This document shows positions 1 to 9,894 of a DNA stretch of 64,000 bases, piece by piece. The DNA comes from Nitrospinia bacterium (GTDB lineage Bacteria > Nitrospinota > Nitrospinia > Nitrospinales > JAJDAT01): contig JAJDAT010000032.1 of NCBI GenBank assembly GCA_029261715.1, positions 10,575 through 74,574 on the forward strand, written 5' to 3'. Within the stretch, counting starts at the first letter, position 1; every line of letters starts with the position of its first letter. A program made the translations under genes and the position numbers. The notes under the pieces are model-generated. The model was given only the letters and a program-made list of their open reading frames with translations. It had not been told where the DNA came from and made no database searches.

Positions 1-75
1 GAAACCTGAAAATCCATAATTGGGAAACTATTGAAGGGGAAAACTAAAAGGAAATTTTGACTAATAAAATCTAAA

Positions 76-188
76 GGCAGAATTGCTGGGGGATCTCACA
101 GCGCACAAAACGTATTGCTGCCGCTGCTTCCTTCCGGACCTGACGGAGTCCACAAAGGTCTCGCCGCGCGAGGCCCAACAAAACTGCC
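76..188 (-). ncRNA. ffs: Signal recognition particle RNA (small bacterial SRP, 4.5S type)
   Basis: Reverse complement contains GUCAGGUCCGGAAGGAAGCAGC, the conserved SRP domain IV core as in E. coli 4.5S RNA. The 5' GGCAGUUUUGUUGGG and 3' CCCAGCAAUUCUGCC ends pair into a terminal helix. About 113 nt. Confidence 0.9.
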
Positions 189-539
189 AAATACAGTCAG
201 TCGATTGAATTAGAGACAAATTATCATATCCCGCATCCACAATCTACATAAAATATTTAGCATTAGAACTAATCAAAAATAAGATCGAACTCATGAGCTT
301 GTACCTTTTTTTATTTTTCAGGTGTCTTATTTGATATTTTTATATGCCAAAATTTTATTGGTGCGTTAAAATTACTTAATAACTTATTTATGAGGTAATA
401 AATGGCCACCTAAGAATTTATAAGAAGTTTTTTAAATGAAGCTGAAGATTATCGCGCAAACCTTAATGTTACAGCACTTACAAAACTTCCTAAAGATTTT
501 CATGAGATAGCTGATCGTGTAAAAATAACCATTTCTCGG

Positions 540-1577
540 TTGGAAGGTTTACCAATAGAAAACCTTACAGACCCAGCAATAGCGGAACTAACAAGTGATC
601 TAGTTGATTGGAAAATAATTACTGATCCACAAAAAATAAATCTAAAGCAAGACCAAATGGGCAGATTAAAAAAAACGGGAAATTTATTTATAAGTAAAGC
701 TTGTATTTTAATTCCCTATTTATTATTTGAAGAATTCAGGGGTGAAATAGACTTCCAATCAAAAAAAAGTTTTAATGAAAAAATGAATTCAATTGTTGAG
801 GGATTAGAAGAAAAAAAAGAACAAACTAAATTTCATTTAAACAATTTAGAAGACGAAACTTCTAATGAGGTAGATTCTTTTAAAAATCAAATTGTAAATT
901 TACACGAAGAGTTAAAAAACAATGCAGAAAACTTTATAAAAGAAACTAATAAAAAAGCAGAAACACTGAGCCTAGTTTTAACTGAAGCAGTAACAGATAA
1001 TGAGAAGTTGAGAAAGAACCTCGATGAGTTTAAACAATACGCGGAATCTCAAAAAGAAGAAGTTAACAGGGCAGTCCAAGCAACTCGCGATGCTGCTGCA
1101 AAAACTGTTGCAGTTAAATTTTCAAAAGATTTTAAAAGACAATCAAAGGAAAATAGCCAAACCGCTATAATTTGGCTTACATTTACAATAGGGTTTTTTA
1201 TTGGTTCATTAGCTTATATGTTTTGGTTATATAACGAGGAACTACAAACAAAAATTGAAACCGCCCAAGTAATCCGAGATTTTGGCCTTAGGTTCATAAC
1301 GCTTAGCCTATTCTTGGGAGCAATGGCATGGTGCGCTAACCAGTTCAAGATTTTAAAAAATCTAGAAACATTAAATAACCATCGGGCATTGAGTTTGGAA
1401 AGTTTAGAAGCATTTTTAGCTGGAGTAGAAGATCCCCAAGCAAAAGATGCGGTGGTAATGGAAACAGCTAGAGCAATTTTTCAAAATGCAAATACCGGCT
1501 ATTTAGATGGCAATCAAACTCCAATTATAACGCCAACACAAGTAATGGAAATTTCTAAAACTTTTAAAAAAACCTAG
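540..1577 (+). CDS. Hypothetical coiled-coil membrane protein
   Basis: 345-aa ORF with a TTG start in the track. Long Lys/Glu-rich coiled-coil-like stretch and two hydrophobic helices (IIWLTFTIGFFIGSLAYMFWLY; FITLSLFLGAMAWCANQF). No family recognised. The frame stays open upstream to 414 (see finding on 392-542). Confidence 0.5.
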   Translation: MEGLPIENLTDPAIAELTSDLVDWKIITDPQKINLKQDQMGRLKKTGNLFISKACILIPYLLFEEFRGEIDFQSKKSFNEKMNSIVEGLEEKKEQTKFHLNNLEDETSNEVDSFKNQIVNLHEELKNNAENFIKETNKKAETLSLVLTEAVTDNEKLRKNLDEFKQYAESQKEEVNRAVQATRDAAAKTVAVKFSKDFKRQSKENSQTAIIWLTFTIGFFIGSLAYMFWLYNEELQTKIETAQVIRDFGLRFITLSLFLGAMAWCANQFKILKNLETLNNHRALSLESLEAFLAGVEDPQAKDAVVMETARAIFQNANTGYLDGNQTPIITPTQVMEISKTFKKT

Positions 1578-1594
1578 TGATAATATATTAAAAA

Positions 1595-1867
1595 CTATTT
1601 CTTGCGCCAACCTTTGCGGTACATGCATTGTTCATAATGACGGGTTTCTTTATCGCCAGGGGTGGTTCCGGTATAAGTTAAATTGTTGAATACTCCAGAA
1701 CGTTTTTTAGCAACTGCATCGCAAGTGGCTTTATCTTTTCGAAACGACGCTGTCCTTTTCTTGGAGCTCGTATTTTTCAAATATTTGTATTCGTAAAAAT
1801 TCGCGCAATTGGCCAAAAATAATACGGCCATGATACATGCAATAATCCATTTTATATTTTTGACCAT
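1595..1867 (-). CDS. Small exported or membrane-anchored protein, unknown function
   Basis: 90-aa ORF with an N-terminal hydrophobic signal-like segment (WIIACIMAVLFLANC) and a basic C-terminal part. The lipobox is imperfect (LANC). Confidence 0.4.
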   Translation of the reverse strand: MVKNIKWIIACIMAVLFLANCANFYEYKYLKNTSSKKRTASFRKDKATCDAVAKKRSGVFNNLTYTGTTPGDKETRHYEQCMYRKGWRKK

Positions 1868-2326
1868 TCTAAATACTCCACAACCTAAAAACGTGATTTC
1901 TGGACAGAATTTATTCTGAGTTCAACCGAAGAACCTGAATAACGGCCACAGAGACAGTTTTAAGCTAATAAAATTTAACTTAACGCGTACCCTTAATAAA
2001 CCTATTTCTCACCCAAATGACACCAATGAGAAACTCGCTTTTAATAGGATATCCGAAAAAAAATTAATCTGATATTTCACACCTTTTTCTACTGAAAGAA
2101 TACCACATCTTCTAAAAAAAGAGCAGGGCTGCCTAAACCCATTTAGTTAAATCACATCTTATTCCCAAATCGGATATTTTAATAAAGGACAACGCTCTTA
2201 ATAATCCACCTGTTTTTCAAAAATTCCGTAAAGTGATACTCAATAATTTATCGCGAGTAAATTTGTTTTAAGCTCGTTATGCTATTATGTATAATAATCT
2301 TAAAGATCACTCATACGGTATTAGCT

Positions 2327-2827
2327 ATGCTAGATAACATTGGAAATCTAAGCAAAATTCTAAATTCGGTTTCTCAACCAAACAAAGCCAAACCGACTTC
2401 GACCACAGAAAACGCTCCGACCAATACAAACGATAACGTTAGCTTATCTTCGGACGCGATTGATTTGGTTAAAAAGCAAGCCGAAACATTACGCACTAAT
2501 TTATCATCGATCATTGCCGGTTTTATTTTGCAACCGGTTTCAGATGGCGTCGCTGCTATCGACCCTACGCAAGCTCTACTGAACCAAGTGACTAATCCTG
2601 GAACAACGATATTGCAAAACTCTCAATTATCCCCAGAACAATTGACTGGATTTAAAGATGAAGTGAAACGGTTGGAAGCGGAGCTACCAAGAATAATTTC
2701 GAGCGATTTACTCGCTCCAATTAACTCGGACTCTACGAAAAGAAACGCTTTAAACGGTATTCTGCAAGATCTATCTTCACAATTGACTGGATTATCCAGC
2801 CTCATAGCGCAAAAAGAAGTCAGCTAA
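2327..2827 (+). CDS. Hypothetical Ser/Thr/Asn-rich protein
   Basis: ORF 2279-2827. The internal ATG at 2327 (MLDNIGNL...) is more plausible than the hydrophobic 16-aa extension. No recognisable domain. Confidence 0.4.
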   Translation: MLDNIGNLSKILNSVSQPNKAKPTSTTENAPTNTNDNVSLSSDAIDLVKKQAETLRTNLSSIIAGFILQPVSDGVAAIDPTQALLNQVTNPGTTILQNSQLSPEQLTGFKDEVKRLEAELPRIISSDLLAPINSDSTKRNALNGILQDLSSQLTGLSSLIAQKEVS

Positions 2828-2878
2828 TCTAAAGCTTTTAAAATTTAACTATACATTATATATAAGCGATAAAATCTC

Positions 2879-3865
2879 ATGGGAATAGGATCCAATCTAA
2901 TTTCGATTGTCGAGCTCGACTCAAATGGTTTTAAACATTCAAGTTTCGAAACCATCCACGCCGCAAAACAACTTTCTAACGCTGGCTGGGGTCCCGTAAC
3001 CGCTATTGCGTTTACAAACAACAATAGTCTAGATACAAAAGAACTATTTCAATATCGGGCGGATAAGGTTTTATTGCTCGTTCATCCCAGTTTCGAAACT
3101 TATAACCGATGGGCCATGACCAAAGCCTTGGAATCCCTTATCGAACCAAACTCGACTATTTTAATGGGGGCCACGATTCACGGAAAAGAATTGGCCGCTA
3201 GCCTATCAGCAACCTTGGACGCTGGGCTGGCCTCCGATTGCATCGCATTGGAGCCCGGAGAAAATGGAGCTTTAACTGCGCGTCGACCCGTTTATGCAGG
3301 AAAAGCTTATTCGTCTTTAACTCTAGAAGGCGATAAACATAAAATTTGCACTCTACGGACTAATGTCTTTCGTCCTGAAGGTCCCGACACATCACTAAGT
3401 GGCGACCCCGAAGTTTTGGAAGTTTCTCCAGCAAGTAATTTAATAGAGAAAATTTTAGAAGTCTCTAAAAGCGGGGCTAAAAAAGATATTACCGAAGCCC
3501 GCATTGTTGTCTCCGGTGGAATGGGCCTTGGCGAACCAGCAAACTTTAAGTTGGTAGAAGATTTAGCCGAAGTTTTAGACGCCGCTGTTGGAGCCAGTCG
3601 AAATGTAGTAGACGAGGGCTGGAGACCTTATTCCAACCAAGTGGGGCAAACTGGAAGAACGGTTTCTCCCGACTTATACATCGCTTGCGGAATTTCTGGA
3701 GCTATTCAGCATATAGCGGGTATGTCTTCGTCTAAATGTATTGTCGCGATCAACAAAGATCCCTACGCACCTATTTTTTCCATAGCCGACTATGGAATCG
3801 TTGGCGACGTATTAGAAATTCTACCCCTCCTTACCGAAGAATTTCGTAGTCTGCTGAAACCCTAA
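2879..3865 (+). CDS. etfA: Electron transfer flavoprotein alpha subunit
   Basis: 328 aa. The C-terminal FAD-binding region VSGGMGLG...VGASRNVVDEGWRPYSNQVGQTGRTVSPDLYIACGISGAIQHIAGM...IVAINKD is typical of EtfA. Confidence 0.85.
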   Translation: MGIGSNLISIVELDSNGFKHSSFETIHAAKQLSNAGWGPVTAIAFTNNNSLDTKELFQYRADKVLLLVHPSFETYNRWAMTKALESLIEPNSTILMGATIHGKELAASLSATLDAGLASDCIALEPGENGALTARRPVYAGKAYSSLTLEGDKHKICTLRTNVFRPEGPDTSLSGDPEVLEVSPASNLIEKILEVSKSGAKKDITEARIVVSGGMGLGEPANFKLVEDLAEVLDAAVGASRNVVDEGWRPYSNQVGQTGRTVSPDLYIACGISGAIQHIAGMSSSKCIVAINKDPYAPIFSIADYGIVGDVLEILPLLTEEFRSLLKP

Positions 3866-3918
3866 AGATTCCAGTTTCAAAGCGTAGTAATCATTAAAAA
3901 TCACAAACGACCTATCTT

Positions 3919-4560
3919 GTGGAAGAAAAAATTCTAAAAATCTTTGAAGAAGCGGGTCTCGCTCTTACTGAAGAAAAGACCAAAAGCTTTGTAGTCGAAA
4001 AAACTCTTATCTTTTTAAAAGAATTAGATAAGTGGAGCGCTCGGATAAGCCTTATTTCTAAGGGCGATCAAGGACATATCCTGGAACGGCACTTTGTTGA
4101 GTCACTACAATACTTAAAAGGAATCAAAAACACTAATCAGTTGATTGACATTGGAAGCGGAGCAGGATTCCCTGGAGTTCCTTTAAAAATATGCTTTCCA
4201 GAAATGAAAATTGTTTTTGTTGAGAGCCAGAGGAAACGCGCAGGATTCCTCGGCTCATTGTTAAGAACAATGAATTTACAGCGCTATGAAGTGATTAATG
4301 AACGAGCCGAAGAATTAAGCGCAAAAAAAGAGTACCAGCAAGCCTTCGACGTGGCAACATTTCGCTCTGTCGCTTCTTTAGAGGAATGTTTGAGTCTGGG
4401 AGCCCCATTTTTGAAAAATGAAGGACATATCCTGGTAAAAAAGGAACCCGACTTTAACTCGCAAGGACTTGACCCCATGTTTTTTTCCGAAGAATTCTAT
4501 TTTGATGCCAATGATCACCGAAAATCAAAGCTGATGGTCTTTCAAAAACGTTCCACGTGA
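3919..4560 (+). CDS. rsmG: 16S rRNA (guanine527-N7)-methyltransferase RsmG/GidB
   Basis: 213 aa with a GTG start. SAM-binding motif IDIGSGAGFPGVPLKI, plus the classical position upstream of parAB. Confidence 0.85.
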   Translation: MEEKILKIFEEAGLALTEEKTKSFVVEKTLIFLKELDKWSARISLISKGDQGHILERHFVESLQYLKGIKNTNQLIDIGSGAGFPGVPLKICFPEMKIVFVESQRKRAGFLGSLLRTMNLQRYEVINERAEELSAKKEYQQAFDVATFRSVASLEECLSLGAPFLKNEGHILVKKEPDFNSQGLDPMFFSEEFYFDANDHRKSKLMVFQKRST

Positions 4561-4564
4561 AACA
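4549..4564. promoter_or_regulatory. parS: parS centromere-like site (15/16 match to TGTTCCACGTGAAACA)
   Basis: CGTTCCACGTGAAACA overlaps the rsmG stop codon, about 135 nt upstream of parA. Confidence 0.8.
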
Positions 4565-4587
4565 TTCACAAGTTTAGTTCTGATATT

Positions 4588-4603
4588 TGTTCCACGTGGA
4601 ACA
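4588..4603. promoter_or_regulatory. parS: parS centromere-like site (perfect palindrome)
   Basis: TGTTCCACGTGGAACA, a perfect 16-bp palindrome of the parS family, 24 nt downstream of the first site. Confidence 0.85.
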
Positions 4604-4698
4604 TTTATTTTAGTTTGATCATCATAAACTGTTGGCCCAGCCGTTATTTTTATATACAATGCGATATACCAAAATTTCACGAAAACAAAAAATAAAAC

Positions 4699-5469
4699 AT
4701 GCCTAAAATAATAGCCGTGGCAAACCAAAAGGGTGGGGTGGGAAAAACCACAACATCAGTCAACTTAGCGGCAGGATTGTCCTGGATTCATAAGAAAAAG
4801 GTTTTATTGATCGATCTTGACCCACAAAGTAATGCTTCTTCTGGGGTTGGAGTCACGATTCAAGATGACGATTCGTCCGTTTATGATGTTTTATTAGGTC
4901 ACGAACCCATCGAAAACGTAATAACAAAGACTGAGATAGAAGGATTATCAGTTTTACCGGCTTCTCCTGACCTAGCTGGCGCTGAAATAGAACTGGTCCC
5001 GTTAGAAAATCGTGAAAAAAGATTGCTCCCCATACTAAACGGAGCATTTGAGAGTTACGACTTCATTGTTATTGATTGCCCGCCTTCTTTAGGCCTTTTA
5101 ACTCTCAACGCACTAACGGTAGCAAACTCAGTCCTCATTCCAATGCAATGCGAGTACTACGCTCTCCAAGGTTTACGCCATCTCTTAAAGACATTAAAAC
5201 TTGTTAAACAATCACTTAATACCGGATTAACGGTTGAAGGGATTTTATTGACAATGTATGATGGTAGAACGCTTTTGACAGCGCAAGTAAAAGACCAAAT
5301 TATGAAGTATTTCAAAGATTACTTATTGAATACCGTTATACCAAGGAACGTGCGCTTGAGCGAAGCTCCTAGTCATGGAAAACCTGTATTTTTATACGCC
5401 GAGAAGTGTAAAGGGGCAGATTGTTACGCTGAATTAGCAAAAGAGATCATTGAAAAAAATGAAAACTAA
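4699..5469 (+). CDS. parA: Chromosome partitioning ATPase ParA/Soj
   Basis: 256 aa. Deviant Walker A NQKGGVGKTT; IDCPPSLG; strong overall ParA/Soj character. Confidence 0.9.
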   Translation: MPKIIAVANQKGGVGKTTTSVNLAAGLSWIHKKKVLLIDLDPQSNASSGVGVTIQDDDSSVYDVLLGHEPIENVITKTEIEGLSVLPASPDLAGAEIELVPLENREKRLLPILNGAFESYDFIVIDCPPSLGLLTLNALTVANSVLIPMQCEYYALQGLRHLLKTLKLVKQSLNTGLTVEGILLTMYDGRTLLTAQVKDQIMKYFKDYLLNTVIPRNVRLSEAPSHGKPVFLYAEKCKGADCYAELAKEIIEKNEN

Positions 5470-5560
5470 AATTGTTTAAGTTTTCATGTCGTAGCTGCCG
5501 ACAAGGTATCTATCTGCAAAACAGTAATAAAAAATAAGCAAACACTAGAGACAAGTTAAT

Positions 5561-6442
5561 ATGGCTAAAAAAGGGTTGGGAGGAAAAGGGTTAAGCGCGT
5601 TAATCCCAGATTTTGAAATGGGGGTTCCCGAAGTTAATTCTAACGAGAGTATGCGAGAATTGTTACTCGATGAAATCGTTCCAAACAAAAACCAACCAAG
5701 AAAATTCTTTGACGACGCTAAACTGCAAGAGCTTGTCGATTCAATCACAGAAAAAGGCGTATTGCAGCCTATTGTGGTCCAAAAAAGCGATGAGGGGTAT
5801 GAAATCATTGTTGGAGAGCGTCGATGGCGGGCTTCAAAAAAAGCGGGACTAAAAAAGATCCCCGCAGTTATAAAAGAGACTACCGATACAGAATCTTTAG
5901 AATTAGCTATTATTGAGAATATTCATCGCCATGATTTAAATCCTATCGAAGAAGGAATGGCTTATTCGCGGTTGGCGGTGGATTTTGGGATGAAACAAGA
6001 GCAAATAGCAAAAAAAGTGGGTAAGAATCGAGCCTCGGTCGCTAACTACATGCGTTTATTAAAATTATCGCGACCTGTGCAGGAAGACATCGTAACGGGC
6101 AAACTCTCCATGGGCCATGCGCGTGCATTACTGGGGCTTGAAAGAGAAAAGGAAATTGAAATTTTACGGCAAAAAATATTAAAAGACGGGTTAAACGTCC
6201 GACAAACTGAAAACTTAGTAAAGCAAACTGAAAATAAAAGCACTTCAAGAACTCCAAAGTCAGGCGAGAGTTCATCAAAATCAAAAAACGTCTTTTTAAA
6301 AACGATGGAAGACAGTTTACAACGCCAGCTTGGAACAAAAGTCGAAATACTTCCTGGTAAAAAAGGGGGCAAGCTCGTCATTTCATATTACTCTAACGAA
6401 GATTTGGAACGACTCCAGGAATGTTTTTTTTCTAAGACTTAA
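5561..6442 (+). CDS. parB: Chromosome partitioning protein ParB/Spo0J
   Basis: 293 aa. ParB box GERRWRA, an HTH region (QEQIAKKVGKNRASVANYMRLL), and a position immediately after parA. Confidence 0.9.
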   Translation: MAKKGLGGKGLSALIPDFEMGVPEVNSNESMRELLLDEIVPNKNQPRKFFDDAKLQELVDSITEKGVLQPIVVQKSDEGYEIIVGERRWRASKKAGLKKIPAVIKETTDTESLELAIIENIHRHDLNPIEEGMAYSRLAVDFGMKQEQIAKKVGKNRASVANYMRLLKLSRPVQEDIVTGKLSMGHARALLGLEREKEIEILRQKILKDGLNVRQTENLVKQTENKSTSRTPKSGESSSKSKNVFLKTMEDSLQRQLGTKVEILPGKKGGKLVISYYSNEDLERLQECFFSKT

Positions 6443-6678
6443 TTTTTGACAAAGTAATTACTCTTAAACTTTTTATCAGTTTAAAGGAGCCTCTAAAGCT
6501 TTTAATAGTTTTTAATTGAATATATTCGTAAACTTTTTATATTCTAGTTTGAATTATTAATTAACTCATTATTATATTTTTGGTTTGCTATCGCCTAGCC
6601 TCTTGGCAAATCTGGATTTTTAGAGACCACCTTAAAATTAAGTTCAAAATTTACCTTTTTATTTAGAAAGCGGGACCC

Positions 6679-7074
6679 ATGAAAAAACAATCAGGCGATT
6701 TAAAAGCCTATCTTGGGGAAGACGCTGCCTTTCAAGGCACTCTCAATTTCGAAGGAGTGGTTCGAATTGATGGAAAATTCGAGGGCAAAGTAATAACCAA
6801 CGATACATTAATTGTCGGAGAAACTGGCCAGTTAATCGCCGAAATAAATGCTGGAACGGTGATCAATAAAGGACGAATCGAAGGAACCATACACGCTTCG
6901 AAACGAATTGAAATTCATTCAAAAAGCCATCTTCTTGGTAATATTAAAACCCCTTCTTTTTTTGTAGAAGTTGGAGCGGTTTTTGACGGAAATTGCGACA
7001 TGACCGGAAAAGAGGACAAGGTTCTGCATTTAGTGCCAAATGAAGAAAACAAGGAAACAGAGACAGCAAGTTGA
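6679..7074 (+). CDS. Bactofilin (polymer-forming cytoskeletal protein)
   Basis: 131 aa. Repetitive beta-helix pattern F.G.L.F.G.V.IDG.F.G...... typical of the bactofilin domain. Confidence 0.85.
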   Translation: MKKQSGDLKAYLGEDAAFQGTLNFEGVVRIDGKFEGKVITNDTLIVGETGQLIAEINAGTVINKGRIEGTIHASKRIEIHSKSHLLGNIKTPSFFVEVGAVFDGNCDMTGKEDKVLHLVPNEENKETETAS

Positions 7075-7126
7075 TTTTTTTAGCTTTAAAACTCCTACTT
7101 TTCGCTGATTTTCGTTGTAAATAAGG

Positions 7127-7840
7127 ATGACCCCGTTTAAAATAAACACCGAGGAAGAAGAAATTACAGTGGGAAAGCTATCTATTGTTGGCACCCCCAT
7201 TGGCAACCTGGGAGACTTCACGTTTCGGGCTGCGGAAATCCTCGGAGGAGCCTATCTAATAGCTGCAGAAGACACGCGTCGCACACGAATTCTACTTAAT
7301 CATTACGATATAAAAACACCGCTTACAAGTTACAATAGTTATAACAAGGAGAAAAAAGGCCGAGAATTACTGAAACTGATGAAAAACGGTCATGAAATCG
7401 CCCTCGTTTCCGATGCTGGAATGCCGGGAATTTCCGACCCTTTATATCATCTAGTAAGAGGAGCCATTGAAGAAGAACTCACTATTCAAACCATTCCCGG
7501 TCCCTCGGCCACATTAGCCGCTTTAGTTGTTTCTGGTCTTCCAATGGACCGATTTTCATTCGAAGGTTTTTTACCAAGAAAGAAAAGAAGAACTCAGACT
7601 CTTAAAAACTTAGCAGAAGACCCAAGGACGGTAATTATATTTGAATCTCCAAAGCGTCTCAACAAAACGCTTAAAGATTTATTAGAAGCTTTTGGCGATC
7701 GAGAAATCGCAATCGCTAGAGAATTGACAAAGATGCATGAAGAAATCATTCGCGGTAAAATATCAGAGATAGCAAACCAAACCGAAAACAAAGTATGGAA
7801 AGGGGAGGTTACCCTTGTTTTGGCTGGCCGACCTAAATAA
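7127..7840 (+). CDS. rsmI: 16S rRNA (cytidine1402-2'-O)-methyltransferase RsmI
   Basis: 237 aa. Tetrapyrrole-methylase-fold motifs IVGTPIGNLGD, AAEDTRRT and VSDAGMPGISDP. Confidence 0.85.
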   Translation: MTPFKINTEEEEITVGKLSIVGTPIGNLGDFTFRAAEILGGAYLIAAEDTRRTRILLNHYDIKTPLTSYNSYNKEKKGRELLKLMKNGHEIALVSDAGMPGISDPLYHLVRGAIEEELTIQTIPGPSATLAALVVSGLPMDRFSFEGFLPRKKRRTQTLKNLAEDPRTVIIFESPKRLNKTLKDLLEAFGDREIAIARELTKMHEEIIRGKISEIANQTENKVWKGEVTLVLAGRPK

Positions 7841-7994
7841 ATATTAACCCTATACTTATATTTCAAAATAACTATCTAAATCATCTCTAACAAGACACAT
7901 ATAAATCAAGGACGATTTAGAAGCGTCATCTTGCATGTTTAATTGTCCTCATAAAATTAAAAGCTTCGCTATTAAATTTAACTAGGAAAATTTC

Positions 7995-9365
7995 ATGGCG
8001 GTAATATCCGTAATTGGCCCCAAAGGTGGCATTGGAAAAACTACTTTATCGATCAACGCCGCTTCCGCGTTGACGAAAGCTTTAGCCGCTAGCGCTGAAA
8101 ATAACCAAGTTTGCTTGGTAGATCTGGACTTACGACTTCCCACCATTTCCAGTTTACTAGACAGTCATCCACCAAAAACATTTTTTGATCTTTTTGAAAC
8201 GCTCGAAAATAAAACGTTTCAAATCGATACGCTCAGGAACTTTTATCAAATCGTCACCTGGTTTCAAGCATATCTGAATAAGGATATTAAGGAAACTGAT
8301 AAAAGCCTAGCAAAATCTTTTTCTATTTTTAAAAATATTAACACCGACTACTTTCGGTTTACGGATTATGAGTTTGGCGGCGCTCTTTACGAATTAATAC
8401 TCAATAGAAGCAAAGTTGTTTTGCCCAAAGACATAAAATCCCAAAAAGAATTAATTATGCAAATAGACGCCAGCTCTATTCGCAAGGTATTAAAGGAATG
8501 TGAAGGAAACTCCAGGCCTTTGCCAGAAGATTATATTAACTACATTGAAGAATACGGCCTTTCCATAATTGGAGGAGAAGTTCCAATTTTGGGCAAAAGA
8601 CAACATCGCAAACGAATTAACGAGCCAGAGTTTCTTCTTTTATTTTTAGATTTTTTGCAAGACATCGTCGGACGTTTTGACAACGTCATATTGGACACTC
8701 CCGCTGGCGGCGTGAATCATTTATCCTCCGTTATGAATTCCATAGACGAAGTCCTATTCGTTTTCGATTTAAGCAATCAAATTGCCATTAACGGTAGCAT
8801 CGATGCGCTACATTCGTTTATCGATTATTACGAAGATTTTTTAGACGATTTTATGAATGGTCGGTTGAAAGGTCTAGATAAAGCTTTTGCCGATAAACTG
8901 GTGGCGGAACGAGGCGAAAAAGCGGTTATAGATTCTCTGCGCAATAAAAAATTTGGAATTGTTTTTAATCGCTTTCAAGATGAAGGGGAAATCATTTCCT
9001 GTCTAACTCAAATGAGAGAATATCTCGATATTCTAGATAAGTTGGACGAATATAAAGACAGAATACATATTATGGGTATGGTCCCATTTTGCAAAATTAT
9101 TAATATCACAAACAATCGTGGCGTGATATTCTACGAAAAGGATCGAGATCTTTCCGGAAAGATGGATTTAATCTCGCGAAATATTCTTTCAAAGAATAAA
9201 TCTTGTCCAACGTTGTCTTGGCGAAACCAAGAAATTTTGCGTTATTTAAATAAAAACGGAAATACCGGCGCTTCCGGAAAAATGAATTGGTTTTCAAAAA
9301 TTGTAACGAACGATACATCAAATGGTAGAGAAAAAACTAAAAAACCTTACTTTGAGCGAATATAA
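7995..9365 (+). CDS. Orphan ParA/MinD-like P-loop ATPase with a large insertion
   Basis: 456 aa. Deviant Walker A GPKGGIGKTT and Walker B-like NVILDTPAGG. Much longer than canonical ParA/MinD. Confidence 0.75.
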   Translation: MAVISVIGPKGGIGKTTLSINAASALTKALAASAENNQVCLVDLDLRLPTISSLLDSHPPKTFFDLFETLENKTFQIDTLRNFYQIVTWFQAYLNKDIKETDKSLAKSFSIFKNINTDYFRFTDYEFGGALYELILNRSKVVLPKDIKSQKELIMQIDASSIRKVLKECEGNSRPLPEDYINYIEEYGLSIIGGEVPILGKRQHRKRINEPEFLLLFLDFLQDIVGRFDNVILDTPAGGVNHLSSVMNSIDEVLFVFDLSNQIAINGSIDALHSFIDYYEDFLDDFMNGRLKGLDKAFADKLVAERGEKAVIDSLRNKKFGIVFNRFQDEGEIISCLTQMREYLDILDKLDEYKDRIHIMGMVPFCKIINITNNRGVIFYEKDRDLSGKMDLISRNILSKNKSCPTLSWRNQEILRYLNKNGNTGASGKMNWFSKIVTNDTSNGREKTKKPYFERI

Positions 9366-9882
9366 TTTCCTAGAAGGTAAAGACCCCAAGGGTATTTACG
9401 ATAGGGAAACGCGAGAAAGGTTATACTGGATTATCGCCAAGCTGGAAAAAGATAATGGCCGTAAATCCAGTATCGAGAAAAAAATACTAAAAAAGTTTAA
9501 AAAAGCCGATTTTGGTTTTTTAATACCTAAGGATTCAGAATCGAACGGCATTCTTAATTTTGATTCCGTATTAAAAATCGAAGGAAAATTCCAAGGCGAG
9601 ATTCGAGGACCCCGGGTTTTAATTGTTGGACCCGAAGCCACTATTGAAGCAAGAATTACCGCCGAAAATATTATTTGCCATGGTTCAATAATCGGGGATA
9701 TTATCGGTCTTGATAAAGTTGAAATTTTAAAGACTGGCCGTTTGATAGGCGACGTAAAATCGCCTTCTCTCCATATCGAACAAGGAGCGCTATTCAAGGG
9801 AAAGTGCCACATGCCAATCAATATTGAAAAAATGAATAGCAGTCCCCAAAAAAGAAAAAGGCTATTTTTTTTAGCGGGTTAA
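9322..9882 (+). CDS. Bactofilin with an N-terminal extension domain
   Basis: 186 aa. The C-terminal bactofilin repeat runs LKIEGKFQGEIRG...GDVKSPSLHIEQGALFKGKCHM. The roughly 65-aa N-terminal domain is shared with the next gene. The 5' end overlaps the ParA-like gene by 44 nt. Confidence 0.8.
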   Translation: MVEKKLKNLTLSEYNFLEGKDPKGIYDRETRERLYWIIAKLEKDNGRKSSIEKKILKKFKKADFGFLIPKDSESNGILNFDSVLKIEGKFQGEIRGPRVLIVGPEATIEARITAENIICHGSIIGDIIGLDKVEILKTGRLIGDVKSPSLHIEQGALFKGKCHMPINIEKMNSSPQKRKRLFFLAG

Positions 9883-9894
9883 TAAATATCGCTT

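Noticed and set aside
2327-2827. Possible anti-sigma-28 factor FlgM, based on an N-terminal ...NDNVSLSSDAIDL segment.
   Set aside because: - The protein is about twice the FlgM length.
- It lacks the conserved C-terminal sigma-28-binding region.
- There is no flagellar context.
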